This document shows positions 33,473 to 43,324 of a stretch of 64,000 nucleotides of DNA, piece by piece (within the stretch, counting starts at the first letter, position 1; every line of letters begins with the position of its first letter). The stretch lies in the NCBI GenBank assembly GCA_963727505.1, contig CAVSGP010000004.1, positions 416,001-480,000 of the forward strand, in the 5' to 3' direction. Under the pieces are notes generated by a model. That model ran no database searches and was not told the DNA's origin. It was given only the letters and a program-made list of their open reading frames with translations. This DNA is from an uncultured Trueperaceae bacterium. Its GTDB lineage: Bacteria > Deinococcota > Deinococci > Deinococcales > Trueperaceae. Made by a program: the position numbers and the translations under genes.

Positions 33473-34534
33473 CTACTGTGTCGCCCGGGCCACCGCGATC
33501 AAGCTGCCGTCATCGGGGTTGCGGAACCAGGCCACGTTGAAGCCGCCCCGCAGCACGTGGATCAGGAGCCACGGGCTGGTGAGCGCCTGGGTGGTGATCT
33601 GTCCCTGCTGGGGCTGCTGCCTCACGAGGTCGACGTAGAGCTCACCGTTCTCCACCGTCACGCTGCGAACCTTGACGTCGTAGCCTCCCGTGGACTTCTG
33701 CCCGTCGAACACGGCAAGCACCGTCTCGCGCGAGAAGTCGATGGTGGGCACCGGCGGAACGTTGAGCTGCGAGCCGTAGGCCTTGTACCAGAGGTTGGTG
33801 AGCTGGTCCCGGCTGTTGACCAGCACGTACTGCGGCTTGTCGAAACCGACCGCCTTCTGCCCCTGCGCCAGCACCTCCCAGGCGATCTGCTGGGCGCCGG
33901 CGCCGGGCGCCGAGGCCGCCGTCTCGAGCCCCTGCTGGACGTAGACGCCGGTCTGCAGATACTCGCTGGTGCCGTTCACGCTGTGCTTGGTGAGCGACGC
34001 GCTCGGGAGCACGGCCAGCACGTAGGGCTTGCCGCCCTTCTCGAGGCCGTTGGCCAGGGCGTCGGCCTCGCGGTCGGTGAGCTCGCCCAGCCCGCGCAGG
34101 CGGTTGAGACGCGGCGTGGGCACCACCGTCTGCGTGGTGCCGGCCTTGGCGCCGTCCACCAGCTTGAAGTAGTCGCTGCCGTCGAAGTAGACCACCTGCT
34201 CGACGTCGGTGTGGGCTGCCAGACGGAGATCGGTCGTCAGCGGGATGCGCGACACCGCAACAGGTGCGGGATCGAGCGGCGGGACGGATGTCCGGGCGAA
34301 CGCCTTCCCGTCGACCAGCAACGCACCGTCGACGGCATAGGGCGCCGTCGCACTCCCCTGGCTCAGGGTCACCTGCTTACCGTCCAGATCGAACTTCCTC
34401 GGCGACCCGTACAGGTAGCTCAGCCGAGCATTGAGCGCACCGTACACGGTGACGTCGTGGAGCTTCGGTCCGGACTGTGGTGCGCAGCCCGCGAGTAGGA
34501 CGAGCACGGCCAGAGCGGGCAAGGCGAAACGCAT
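33473..34534 (-). CDS. Lipoprotein with C-terminal PrcB-like domain
   Basis: Lipobox LAGC; C-terminal P.IDFSRETVLAVF.GQKSTGGY.V.V...TQALTSPW. Confidence 0.82.
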   Translation of the reverse strand: MRFALPALAVLVLLAGCAPQSGPKLHDVTVYGALNARLSYLYGSPRKFDLDGKQVTLSQGSATAPYAVDGALLVDGKAFARTSVPPLDPAPVAVSRIPLTTDLRLAAHTDVEQVVYFDGSDYFKLVDGAKAGTTQTVVPTPRLNRLRGLGELTDREADALANGLEKGGKPYVLAVLPSASLTKHSVNGTSEYLQTGVYVQQGLETAASAPGAGAQQIAWEVLAQGQKAVGFDKPQYVLVNSRDQLTNLWYKAYGSQLNVPPVPTIDFSRETVLAVFDGQKSTGGYDVKVRSVTVENGELYVDLVRQQPQQGQITTQALTSPWLLIHVLRGGFNVAWFRNPDDGSLIAVARATQ

Positions 34535-34638
34535 GCGTACCTCCTCGGCGCATGCTATCACTGCGCAGCTGAGAACCCGCTGAGGGACGGCGTCGCCCAT
34601 CGTGATAGGGTGTCCGTCCCCCCTGCTATGCTGCGGGC

Positions 34639-35799
34639 GTGTCGCCCGGGGCCAAGCGCATCCTGATCGTGTCGGCCTCCATCGGAGGGGGGCATGTGGC
34701 GGCGGGACGCGCGCTCCAGACCGCCTTCGACGACGCTGGGATGGTCGCCGATCATGTCGATCTCCTCGAGTACACCGCTGCGCCCTTCCGGCGCCTGTAC
34801 CGCCAGGCCTACTTCGACCTGGTCCGCACCGCTCCCGACCTGGTCGAGTGGCTGGGTCGCCGGCTGGACAAGACACCGGGCGAGGAGAAGTCGCGGCAGC
34901 AGCGGCTGCGCGCACGCCTGACGCGCATGCTCAGCTACGAGCTGCCCGACCGCATCGCCATGGCTTACCCCGACGTACTCGTGCATACCCACTTCCTCGG
35001 TCCAGAGATCCTCAGCGGCCGGCTAAGGCGCAACCCGACGACGCCGCCTCAGGTCGAGGTCATCACCGACTTCTTCGCCCACAGCCTATGGCTCCAGCCC
35101 GGCCTCCAGCGCTACTACGTCGCCAACGACGAGGTCGCGGTGCACCTCCGTTCGGCGGGGGTGGAAGCGGAACGCATCCGCGTCACCGGCATCCCCGTCG
35201 ACCCGCGCTTCGCGCTGCTCCCGGGCAAGCGGGAGGCGCGCGCGGCGCTGGGCATCGGCGCCGACCGCGACGTGCTGCTGTTCATGGCCTCGGGGCTTGA
35301 CGGCAAGACCCTGCGGGCGCTTCTCGAACAGCTCGGCGAGTTGCGCTGGCCCCTCGTCGTGCACGTGGTCTGCGGGCGCAGCCCCGCTCTGGTGGCGGTC
35401 GCGCAGGACGCGATCGAGACGTACGAGGGACCGATCGCCTTCGAAGTCCACGGGCGGCGCGAAGACATCCCCCTGCTGATGGCGGCCTCCGATCTTCTGG
35501 TCGGAAAACCCGGCGGCCTCACCAGCAGCGAGGCGATGGCGGCCGGCCTGCCGCTGGCGGTCGTGCACCCCTACCCCCTGCAGGAGGAGGCCAACGCCAA
35601 CGTGCTCCTGGAGCAGGGAGCCGCCATGCGCATCGCCCCCATCACCACCTTCGCGCACAAGCTGCGGGGCTTCTTCGGCGATCCGACGCGCCGCTCCGTC
35701 ATGGCAGAGGCGGCTCGGCGAATCGGCAGACCCGACGCCGCCCGCGCCGTGGTGGACTCGGTCCGGAGCGAGCTGCTCGAGGTCGACCCCGCCCTATGA
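34639..35799 (+). CDS. MGDG synthase / UgtP-like diacylglycerol glycosyltransferase (GT28)
   Basis: ILIVSASIGGGH..A, ITDF..H..W, VTGIPV, VVCGR, KPGGLTSSEA, QEEANA. Confidence 0.9.
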   Translation: MSPGAKRILIVSASIGGGHVAAGRALQTAFDDAGMVADHVDLLEYTAAPFRRLYRQAYFDLVRTAPDLVEWLGRRLDKTPGEEKSRQQRLRARLTRMLSYELPDRIAMAYPDVLVHTHFLGPEILSGRLRRNPTTPPQVEVITDFFAHSLWLQPGLQRYYVANDEVAVHLRSAGVEAERIRVTGIPVDPRFALLPGKREARAALGIGADRDVLLFMASGLDGKTLRALLEQLGELRWPLVVHVVCGRSPALVAVAQDAIETYEGPIAFEVHGRREDIPLLMAASDLLVGKPGGLTSSEAMAAGLPLAVVHPYPLQEEANANVLLEQGAAMRIAPITTFAHKLRGFFGDPTRRSVMAEAARRIGRPDAARAVVDSVRSELLEVDPAL

Positions 35800-37670
35800 T
35801 CCTCGGTCGGTCGCAGCCGTGCGCCTTCATGGAGGCGTCGGTCCGGGCGTTCGCCGCCCGGCTGGTGCCCGCCCTGCTGCTCGCGACGTACCTCGTCCTG
35901 GCGTCGTCGGCGGCCGCGCAGGCCAGGCCGGACGCCACGGCGCCGAGCGCGCCGTCGGGTGATGGGGCGCAGTCCGTCGACGTGCTCGTGGTGGGCTCGC
36001 AACCCGAAGCGATCATGGCCGCCGTGGCCGCGGCCGAACAGGGCGCACATACAGCGCTCCTGACCAGCGCCACGCGCCTCGGCGGGCTCTTCGTCCTGGG
36101 CGAGCTCAACGTCCTCGACCTGCGCACGCAACCGCACCTGTACCAGCGCGGGCTTTTCCTGCGCTGGTGGCGCCGGGTCGGAGAGCGTCCAGCGTTCGAC
36201 GTCCCCGCCGCCGAACGCGCCTTCGAATCCATGCTCTCGCAGGCCGGGGTCGAGGTGATCCGTGGCACCGCCGAGCCCGTCCCGTTGTTGGATGCCAACG
36301 GCCGCCTGCTGGGAGCGCGCGCCGGTAACCGCACGTTGCTCGCCAACCAGGTCGTCGACGGCCAGGCCGACGGCCGGTTCGCCGCGGCCGCCGGCGCGCC
36401 GTTCACGCTGGGCTGGTCGTCGCTAGGCGTGCAGCAGCGCATGGCCGACACCCTGGTGTTCGCCTTGCACGACGTCGATTGGCAGACGCTGACGCGTGCG
36501 GTTCGGGCCCGCGGCTCCGACTACGCCGACGTGCGGGACAACGTGGTGTGGGGCCCCTTCGGGGGGTACCCGGCCGCCTACCGGCCGGAGCGCAGTGGGC
36601 TGCGCCTGCGCGGACTGAACCTCGGCAAGGAGAGCGACGGCACCGTCCTGGTCAACGCCCTGCTCGTCTACGGCGTAGATCCACTCGACCCGGCCAGCCG
36701 CGCCGCCGCCCGTCGGCGGGCGGCGGACGAGGTGCCGTCGGTCGTGCGCTACCTGGCGGCGGGCATCCCGGGCTTCGAGCACGTGCGCCTCGCCGGCGTG
36801 GCACCGAGGCTGTACGTTCGGGAGTCGCGCCACCTCGAGGCGCAGTGCGTGCTGCACGTGGGGGACGTGCTGGACAACCGCGTCACCGGTTCCGACGTGG
36901 CGGCCGGCGGCTACCCGCTCGATGTGCAGAGCCTCACCGAGCACGACACCGGTTTCGTCTTCGGCACTCCCGAGGTGTACGGGGCGCGCTTGTGCATGAG
37001 CGTGGCGCCCTCCCCGGCGCCCCTGTGGGTCGTGGGCAAGACCGCGGGCTTCGATCCCATCGCGTTCGCCAGCGCACGCGTGGTGCCGTTCGGGATGGCG
37101 CTGGCCGAGGCGGTGGGCGTGGCGGCCGCCCGGGCCGCGGCGCTCGGGCTCGACCCCGGCGCGCTGACCTCCGACCCAGAGCAGGTCCAGGCCGTCCGTG
37201 CCACCCTCGCGGAGCGGGGAGCCTACCTGGCGCCGGTCGAGCCCCGGACGCCGGTCGGCCCGGTCGACAGTCCGTACTACGAGGCCTACCGACTGCTCCT
37301 CAGTCGGGGCCTGGCGGTCGGCGGCTACGACAACGACCCGCACCTCGGCAAGGCAGTCACCCAGCAGAGCTTCCTCTACCTGCTGAGCAACGTGGCGCAG
37401 CGCTTCTTCGCAGACGGTAGCGCCGGTCCGACGCTGGTCGCGCGTTACGGCGTCAGCGCCACGCCCCTGCGCCCGGCCATCGCCTTGAGCGCGGCGTACG
37501 ACGCCGCGTGCCTGTTGGGCGGATGCCCGGCGGAGCCGACCTGGGCCGCGCTGCAACGCGCCGGCCTGGCGCCACCGGGGTTCGCCCCCACGGCGCCGCT
37601 GGACCGCGGCCAGGCCTACGCCCTGGCCGCCGGCATCGCCCGCATGGCCGCGGGCGCCCGGGGGCACTGA
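35796..37670 (+). CDS. Exported FAD-dependent oxidoreductase with SLH-like C-terminus
   Basis: Signal peptide (AAA-Q), DVLVVG.QPE.I.AAVAAA, LRGLNLG, LYVRESRH, GGYPLDVQ, SARVVP; start may be 35829. Confidence 0.8.
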   Translation: MILGRSQPCAFMEASVRAFAARLVPALLLATYLVLASSAAAQARPDATAPSAPSGDGAQSVDVLVVGSQPEAIMAAVAAAEQGAHTALLTSATRLGGLFVLGELNVLDLRTQPHLYQRGLFLRWWRRVGERPAFDVPAAERAFESMLSQAGVEVIRGTAEPVPLLDANGRLLGARAGNRTLLANQVVDGQADGRFAAAAGAPFTLGWSSLGVQQRMADTLVFALHDVDWQTLTRAVRARGSDYADVRDNVVWGPFGGYPAAYRPERSGLRLRGLNLGKESDGTVLVNALLVYGVDPLDPASRAAARRRAADEVPSVVRYLAAGIPGFEHVRLAGVAPRLYVRESRHLEAQCVLHVGDVLDNRVTGSDVAAGGYPLDVQSLTEHDTGFVFGTPEVYGARLCMSVAPSPAPLWVVGKTAGFDPIAFASARVVPFGMALAEAVGVAAARAAALGLDPGALTSDPEQVQAVRATLAERGAYLAPVEPRTPVGPVDSPYYEAYRLLLSRGLAVGGYDNDPHLGKAVTQQSFLYLLSNVAQRFFADGSAGPTLVARYGVSATPLRPAIALSAAYDAACLLGGCPAEPTWAALQRAGLAPPGFAPTAPLDRGQAYALAAGIARMAAGARGH

Positions 37671-37692
37671 GAGGCGCGACGTCCGCGTGAGC

Positions 37693-38925
37693 TCAGACGC
37701 GTCCGGTCGCGCGCTCCTGCACGATGGCGTCGATGAACTGCCGCGCCGTGCGACCCGAGTACCCGTTCCCCCAATCGGCGAAGCGGACGGCGCGCTCCCG
37801 AAGGTCGCTTCCACCGACCACCTCGCGCGCCGCCAGGGCCTCCACGATCTCTAGGTAGCGGCGCTGGCTGGCGCTGGGGAAGGTGAGCGTCAACCCGAAG
37901 CGATCGGCCAGGGCGAGTCGCTCGTTGTGGGTGTCCCAGGCGTGCACGTCATCGTCCTCGCCGGGCTGCGGGCGCTCGGAGAGGCGCTCTCGAAGCAGGT
38001 GCCGGCGGTTGCTGGTGGCGTAGAGCACGACGTTACCCGGGCGCGCCGTGAGGCTCCCCTCCAGCAGCGTCTTCAGGGGGTGGTAGCGGCGGTCGTCGTG
38101 CTCGAAGCTGAGATCGTCGACGTAGAGCACGAAGCGCTGCGGCAGCGCCCGCAACCGCTGGACGACCTCCGGCAGCGTCTGCAGCTCGCCGCCGGCGAGC
38201 TCCACCAGCCGCAGCCCACGCTCGGCGTAGCGCGGCAGCAGACTACGCACCGCCGTGGACTTGCCGCTGCCACGCGGCCCGTAGAGCAGCGCATTGTGCG
38301 CCGGAGCGCCGGCGAGCAGCGCCTCGGTGTTGGTGAAGAGGCGGGCGAGCTGGTCGTCCACGCCCACCAGCGCCGAGGCGTCGGCCATGGCCGGGTGGGG
38401 GATGCCGTGCAGCACACCCCCCTGCCACCGGAGCGCCGGGTAACGCGCGGCCGCCCCGGCACCGTGATCGCGGTAACGCTCGAGCAGCTGCTGCAGCAGG
38501 TCCTCGACCGGCTCACGCAGCAGCGCGGCCGCGAACAACGCCACCGCCTCCTCCCAGGCGTCCGGCGCGGGCGGCCGCACCAGGCCCTCGAGCGGCGGCA
38601 GGTCGCCCGCACCCTGCGCCTCGGCCTCCCGCCGCCAGTCGCGCCGCAACGCGCTCACGATCGCGTCCACGTCCGCCCGGGCAACGTCCAGAAGGCCCTC
38701 CGGCGGATCGGCTGCGCGTGCCAGCGGGTTGTCCACCTCGAGCAGGGCGGCCGCGAACGCCGACGCCAGATCGGCGCGTTCGTCGGCCAGCAGCGCCCGC
38801 ACCACCTCGACGTAGGCCGCCTCGACCGGCTCCGGGTCGCGACCCTGCAGCGTCCTGTCCAGCGCGCGCAGGGCGGGCCAGGTGGGGCGCTGCTCGAGCC
38901 CCCGGAGCACCATCAACGGTCGCAC
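37693..38925 (-). CDS. AAA+ ATP-binding protein (DUF815 family)
   Basis: NALLYGPRGSGKST, YVDDLSFE, LKTLLEGSL, YATSNRRHL, LADRFGL, SGRTARQF. Confidence 0.9.
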   Translation of the reverse strand: MRPLMVLRGLEQRPTWPALRALDRTLQGRDPEPVEAAYVEVVRALLADERADLASAFAAALLEVDNPLARAADPPEGLLDVARADVDAIVSALRRDWRREAEAQGAGDLPPLEGLVRPPAPDAWEEAVALFAAALLREPVEDLLQQLLERYRDHGAGAAARYPALRWQGGVLHGIPHPAMADASALVGVDDQLARLFTNTEALLAGAPAHNALLYGPRGSGKSTAVRSLLPRYAERGLRLVELAGGELQTLPEVVQRLRALPQRFVLYVDDLSFEHDDRRYHPLKTLLEGSLTARPGNVVLYATSNRRHLLRERLSERPQPGEDDDVHAWDTHNERLALADRFGLTLTFPSASQRRYLEIVEALAAREVVGGSDLRERAVRFADWGNGYSGRTARQFIDAIVQERATGRV

Positions 38926-39824
38926 GGGACCTCCTCGCCCCGCAGCTGGCGGGTGAACTCCGGCGCGGCGGCGAGCGCCGCGCGCATCGCCTGCTCCCCG
39001 GCACGGATGTTCTGCGGCGACTTGTGGAAGTCCCACCAGGCGCTGGGAGGGTCCTCGCGGACCAGCAGGCCCCCCCGCGGGGCGCGCAGACCGTGGCTGT
39101 ATGAGCGCAGCGAGATCGCCATGCCTCGCGTCATCTGGCCGAACGGTCCGGTTGCCCCACTGCGGGCAGCCAGCTCTTGGAAGCCCCGTCCCAGGCTAGA
39201 GGCGTTGAACCGCCGGATGAAGCGGATGAGGCGTGAATGCTCGACGTCGACGCCCGCATGGAGCCCGATCACCAGGTCTGGGTCCAACGTCGCCAGCGCC
39301 CGGAACGGTACCGTCTCCACGAAGCCTCCGTCGATGAGCACGCGGCCGTCCATGCGGACCGGCGCGAACACGCCGGGCAGCGCGCAACTCGCCTGGACCG
39401 CGTGAGCGATGCCCCCCTGGCGGATCACCCGTAGCCGACCCGTCGACAGGTCCGTGCAGGCCACCACGAACGGGATCTCGGTATCGGCGAAGGTGGCGCC
39501 GAAGAAGAACTTGCGATCGAGCCAGCGGGCCAGGCGCTGCCCGTGGATGAGGCTGCCACGGTGCAACCCGAAATCCACGCCCTGCAGCCAGATCTCCCCC
39601 GTGTTCTGTTCCCGTACGAGCTTCTCGAGCTCCAGCGCCGGCATGCCCAGTGCGTACAGAGCAGCGACGATCGCTCCGTAACTCGTGCCCGCCAACGCAC
39701 TCGGGGTGGCTCCTTCGGCCTCGAGCACCTTGAGCGCTCCGATGTGCGCCAGACCGCGCGCCGTGCCGCCGCCCAATGCCACCCCGAGACGCGGCCGGAC
39801 GCCGTGGTATGCGGGCGCTTCCAT
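38913..39824 (-). CDS. Patatin-like phospholipase
   Basis: GGGTARGLAHIG, GTSYG nucleophile elbow, ASCALPGVF.PV, DGG. Confidence 0.92.
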   Translation of the reverse strand: MEAPAYHGVRPRLGVALGGGTARGLAHIGALKVLEAEGATPSALAGTSYGAIVAALYALGMPALELEKLVREQNTGEIWLQGVDFGLHRGSLIHGQRLARWLDRKFFFGATFADTEIPFVVACTDLSTGRLRVIRQGGIAHAVQASCALPGVFAPVRMDGRVLIDGGFVETVPFRALATLDPDLVIGLHAGVDVEHSRLIRFIRRFNASSLGRGFQELAARSGATGPFGQMTRGMAISLRSYSHGLRAPRGGLLVREDPPSAWWDFHKSPQNIRAGEQAMRAALAAAPEFTRQLRGEEVPCDR

Positions 39825-39943
39825 GGCCACCATGCTACACCGCGTGGAACGCCTCGACACGCGCCAGGACGCACGCGAGAGGCTCCCATCGGGCGCCGAG
39901 CGGGCCGCCTGAGGGGGTGCGCCCGGTGGTAGAGTGACCCCTG

Positions 39944-41470
39944 ATGTCGGCGCTGTACCAACGGGCCCGCCCCGTCCGTTTCGACGAGGTGGTGGGTCAG
40001 GAACATGTCATCGAGGTGCTGGGCTCGGCGGTGCGCCGCGCCCGCATCGGGCACGCCTACCTCTTCTCCGGTCCGCGCGGCGTGGGCAAGACCACCACCG
40101 CCCGTCTGTTGGCGATGGCCGCCAACTGCGAGCACGAGGATCCGGCGGCGCGTCCCTGCGGCACCTGCGACTCCTGCCGGCTCGTGCAGGCTGGCTCGCA
40201 TCCGGACGTGACCGAGCTCGATGCGGCTTCCAACAACTCCGTGGAGGACGTGCGGGACCTGCGCGAGAAGGTAGGCCTCGCCGGCCTGCGCGGAGGGACC
40301 CGCGTGTGGATCCTGGACGAGGCCCACATGCTCAGCCGGGCGGCCGCCAACGCGTTGCTGAAGACCCTCGAGGAGCCGCCGCCCGGGCTGCTGTTCATCC
40401 TTGCAACGACCGAGCCGGAGAAGCTCCCTCCGACCGTCCTGTCGCGCTGCCAGCACTTCCGCTTCCGGCGCCTGTCCGACGACGAGATCGTAGGCAAGCT
40501 GCAGACGCTCGCCGCGGCGGCCGATATCGACGCGGAGCTGGAAGCGCTGAGGCTGGTGGCGCGCGTGGCCGACGGCGGCATGCGCGACGCCGAGTCGATG
40601 CTGGAGCGGCTGCTGCTGCTCGACGAGGGCATCACCGCACGCGCCGCCGAAGAGGCACTGGGACTACCCCCGCAGGAGCGCCTCCAGGCGATGGGCTCGG
40701 CGCTCGCCGACCGAGATCTGGAGACGCTCCTGGACGAAGCCGACGGGCTCTACCGGGAGGGGTTCTCGCCCCGCACGCTGGCCGAACAGCTCACGCGCAC
40801 GCTCCGCGACGCCCTGGTGGGCTCCGTGAAGGACGAGGGGTTCCGGCTTCCGGTCGAGGATCCCGCCCTGATGCGCGTCATCCAGACGCTCGACGACGAG
40901 ATGGAGCGTTTCCTGCGGCACAACGATCTCTACGCGCTAGAGGTGGCGCTCATCAAGGGGCTCAACGCGCTGGCGGCGGGAGCGGCCCAGGCAACGGGCC
41001 CCGGCGCGACCGCCACGGCCGCCGACGGCGCGCCCGAGCTCCCGCCCTTCGAGCCGAACGGCGGACGGCGCGACCGGCCCGGGCGTCGAGGCACGCCTCC
41101 TGACGCGCGCTCGGCGGCGCCGCCGAGCGAGGCGACCCCGAGCGAGGCGACCCCGAGCCCACCGCCGGCAGCGGCCCACGCGCAGCCCGCCGCGGGCACG
41201 CCTGCGAGCGACGCTCCCGGCAAGCCGCTCTCCTGGCGCGCGGTCAAGGCGAAGGCCGGTGCGCAGCTCAAGGCCTTCCTGCTGCCTGCCCAGGAGAGCG
41301 TCGACGGTACGGTGGTGCGGCTCAAGTTCGATGCCGTCCACCGCTTCCATCACGGCCAGCTCCTGGGCCGCTCCGACGAGCTGGCGGCGCTGGTCGAGGA
41401 GGTCGCCGGCCCCGGCTACACCATCCTGATCGAAGGCCCCGAGGGGGGCGCACCAAAAAAAATAGCGTGA
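39944..41470 (+). CDS. dnaX: DNA polymerase III subunit gamma/tau (zero-frame product, 508 aa)
   Basis: ALYQRARP..F.EVVGQEH, GPRGVGKTT, zinc module, ELDAASN, DEAHML, NALLKTLEEPP, SRCQ; stops just after an A8 run. Confidence 0.96.
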   Translation: MSALYQRARPVRFDEVVGQEHVIEVLGSAVRRARIGHAYLFSGPRGVGKTTTARLLAMAANCEHEDPAARPCGTCDSCRLVQAGSHPDVTELDAASNNSVEDVRDLREKVGLAGLRGGTRVWILDEAHMLSRAAANALLKTLEEPPPGLLFILATTEPEKLPPTVLSRCQHFRFRRLSDDEIVGKLQTLAAAADIDAELEALRLVARVADGGMRDAESMLERLLLLDEGITARAAEEALGLPPQERLQAMGSALADRDLETLLDEADGLYREGFSPRTLAEQLTRTLRDALVGSVKDEGFRLPVEDPALMRVIQTLDDEMERFLRHNDLYALEVALIKGLNALAAGAAQATGPGATATAADGAPELPPFEPNGGRRDRPGRRGTPPDARSAAPPSEATPSEATPSPPPAAAHAQPAAGTPASDAPGKPLSWRAVKAKAGAQLKAFLLPAQESVDGTVVRLKFDAVHRFHHGQLLGRSDELAALVEEVAGPGYTILIEGPEGGAPKKIA

Positions 41471-42234
41471 CGGGGCCCCGCGTTGCGGGCGCCCCGGAGG
41501 CCCCTCCACCCGCGTCCAGCCGACCGCGTGCCGGCGACCGTGCCGCAGCGGACTTCCCCGCGACGAGCGCCGCCGGCACGGCCGGCGCAACGGGAGCCGC
41601 GGCGGCACGGGACGACGCGGCGGACGACGCGGCGAAGGACGACGGGCCGGCACGGGACGCGGCGCCGGAGGCCGCCGCCGCGAAGGACGACGGGGCGAAG
41701 ACCGGGGCGGCGGACGCATACGCATCGGCGACCGAGGCATCGGATGCACAGGCGCACGAACCCGCCGTCCCCGATGACGTCGCCACCGGCTTGGAGGAGC
41801 TCCCGCCCGGCTTCTGGGACGAGCCCCCGGCCGCGGCCCCCGCGCGGGTGAACCGCACGCGCCCGGACCAGGAGCCCCGGAGCGCGCCGACGGCGTCGGC
41901 CGGGCCCGAGCCTGGCGCGACCCGCGAGACGGCGCGGGACGGTGGATCCGGCTCGAGGGAACGTGGCGCGGCGCCGCACGGCGACCTGGAGCGCGCCCTT
42001 CTCGGCGGCGAGACCACCGCCGACGAGCTCCCCGAAGCCCTGCGTGACACCGTCGACGCGCTCCGGGAGCTCTTCCCCGGCGAGCTCCTGGCGGTCACGC
42101 CGCGCGCGGACGAGGACGAAGGCGCGATGGAGGCCGCCGAGGACGACGCCGGCAGGCGCGACGACGGGGACGGCGAGGACGGCGACGTACACGGCGCCGG
42201 AGACCCGACGCACGAACGCACCGACGCGGGCTAG
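41455..42234 (+). CDS. Probable tau-specific C-terminal extension of DnaX in the -1 frame
   Basis: -1 frame is open from the A-run to 42234. Low-complexity linker, then LRDTVDALRELFPGELLAV and an acidic tail, as in Deinococcota tau C-termini. Confidence 0.72.
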   Translation, partial: KKNSVTGPRVAGAPEAPPPASSRPRAGDRAAADFPATSAAGTAGATGAAAARDDAADDAAKDDGPARDAAPEAAAAKDDGAKTGAADAYASATEASDAQAHEPAVPDDVATGLEELPPGFWDEPPAAAPARVNRTRPDQEPRSAPTASAGPEPGATRETARDGGSGSRERGAAPHGDLERALLGGETTADELPEALRDTVDALRELFPGELLAVTPRADEDEGAMEAAEDDAGRRDDGDGEDGDVHGAGDPTHERTDAG

Positions 42235-42252
42235 ACTGCCCTGGGAGAACGC

Positions 42253-42573
42253 ATGAACATCCAGAAATTGATGAAGGAAGCCCAACGCGCGCAGAAACAG
42301 ATGGCCGAGGCTCAGGAGCGGCTCGCCGGCATGGCCGTCGAGGGCAGCGCCGGCGGCGGCATGGTCCGGGCCAGCGCCAACGGCGACGGCACCGTCACGC
42401 GCGTGCACATCGACCCCAAGGCCGTCGACCCCGACGACGTGGAGATGCTCGAGGACCTCGTCACCGCCGCCATCAACGACGCCCAGCGCAAGGTCAAGGA
42501 GCTCCAGGAACAGGAGCTCGGCGGTGCCATGGGCGGCCTCTCGGGCCTCGGCGGCATGGGAGGCATGTTCTGA
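42253..42573 (+). CDS. ybaB: Nucleoid-associated protein YbaB/EbfC
   Basis: MNIQKLMKEAQ, GSAGGGMV, DPDDVEMLEDLV.AAINDA; dnaX-ybaB-recR synteny. Confidence 0.95.
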   Translation: MNIQKLMKEAQRAQKQMAEAQERLAGMAVEGSAGGGMVRASANGDGTVTRVHIDPKAVDPDDVEMLEDLVTAAINDAQRKVKELQEQELGGAMGGLSGLGGMGGMF

Positions 42574-42583
42574 TCGCCCGACC

Positions 42584-43186
42584 ATGAGGTACCCGAACGC
42601 GCTGGTCGCCCTCATCCGGGAGCTCGGCCGCCTGCCGGGCATCGGCCCCAAGAGCGCCCAACGCCTGGCCTTCTACCTCTTCAATCAACCCGAGGAGGAC
42701 GTGCGCCGCCTGTCCGACGCCATCCGAGACGCCAAGGCGTCGCTGGACCGGTGTCCCGTGTGCTTCAACGTCATGACCAAGGGGGAGCCGTCGTGCGCCG
42801 TGTGCTCCGACCCGCAGCGCGAGCGCTCGGTCGTGTGCGTGGTGGAGCAGCCTGCGGACGTACTGGCCATCGAGCGCAGCGGAGAGTATCAGGGGCTCTA
42901 TCACGTGCTTCATGGCGCGCTGAGCCCGATGAACGGCATCGGACCGGACCAGCTCACCATCCATGCGTTGATGGGACGGTCCGACACCTCCGAGATCCAG
43001 GAGGTGATCCTCGCGACCTCGACGACGGTCGAGGGCGAGGCCACCGCCATGTACCTGGCGCGCCAGCTCGGAGAGCGCGGCGTGTCGATCTCACGCATCG
43101 CCTACGGCCTCCCCATGGGAGGCGACCTCGAGTACGCCGACGAGGTGACCCTGGGGCGGGCCATCAGTCATCGCCGACCGCTCTGA
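42584..43186 (+). CDS. recR: Recombination mediator RecR
   Basis: LPGIGPKSAQRLAF, C4 zinc finger, YHVLHG.LSP..GIGP, EGEATA.Y, SRIAYGLP.GGDLEYADE.TL. Confidence 0.97.
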   Translation: MRYPNALVALIRELGRLPGIGPKSAQRLAFYLFNQPEEDVRRLSDAIRDAKASLDRCPVCFNVMTKGEPSCAVCSDPQRERSVVCVVEQPADVLAIERSGEYQGLYHVLHGALSPMNGIGPDQLTIHALMGRSDTSEIQEVILATSTTVEGEATAMYLARQLGERGVSISRIAYGLPMGGDLEYADEVTLGRAISHRRPL

Positions 43187-43269
43187 GCGGGCCCCGGCGA
43201 CCGCCTCGAGCACGTATCGCACGGCGGCAGCGCGCTCGGCCTGCGTTCCTCCTGGTGCCCAGGTCACGA

Positions 43270-43297
43270 TTGACAGCCGGGGGACGGTCCGTATAAT
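43270..43297 (+). promoter_or_regulatory. topA promoter with consensus -35 and -10 hexamers
   Basis: TTGACA (43270-43275), 16 nt, TATAAT (43292-43297), followed by GGCGGCGC. Confidence 0.85.
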
Positions 43298-43324
43298 GGC
43301 GGCGCATTTGAAGGTGGAACCCCA

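Noticed and set aside
41123..41700. Short tandem repeats in dnaX linkers (PSEAT x2; AAKDDG x2)
   Set aside because: Ordinary low-complexity linker expansions, not an array.
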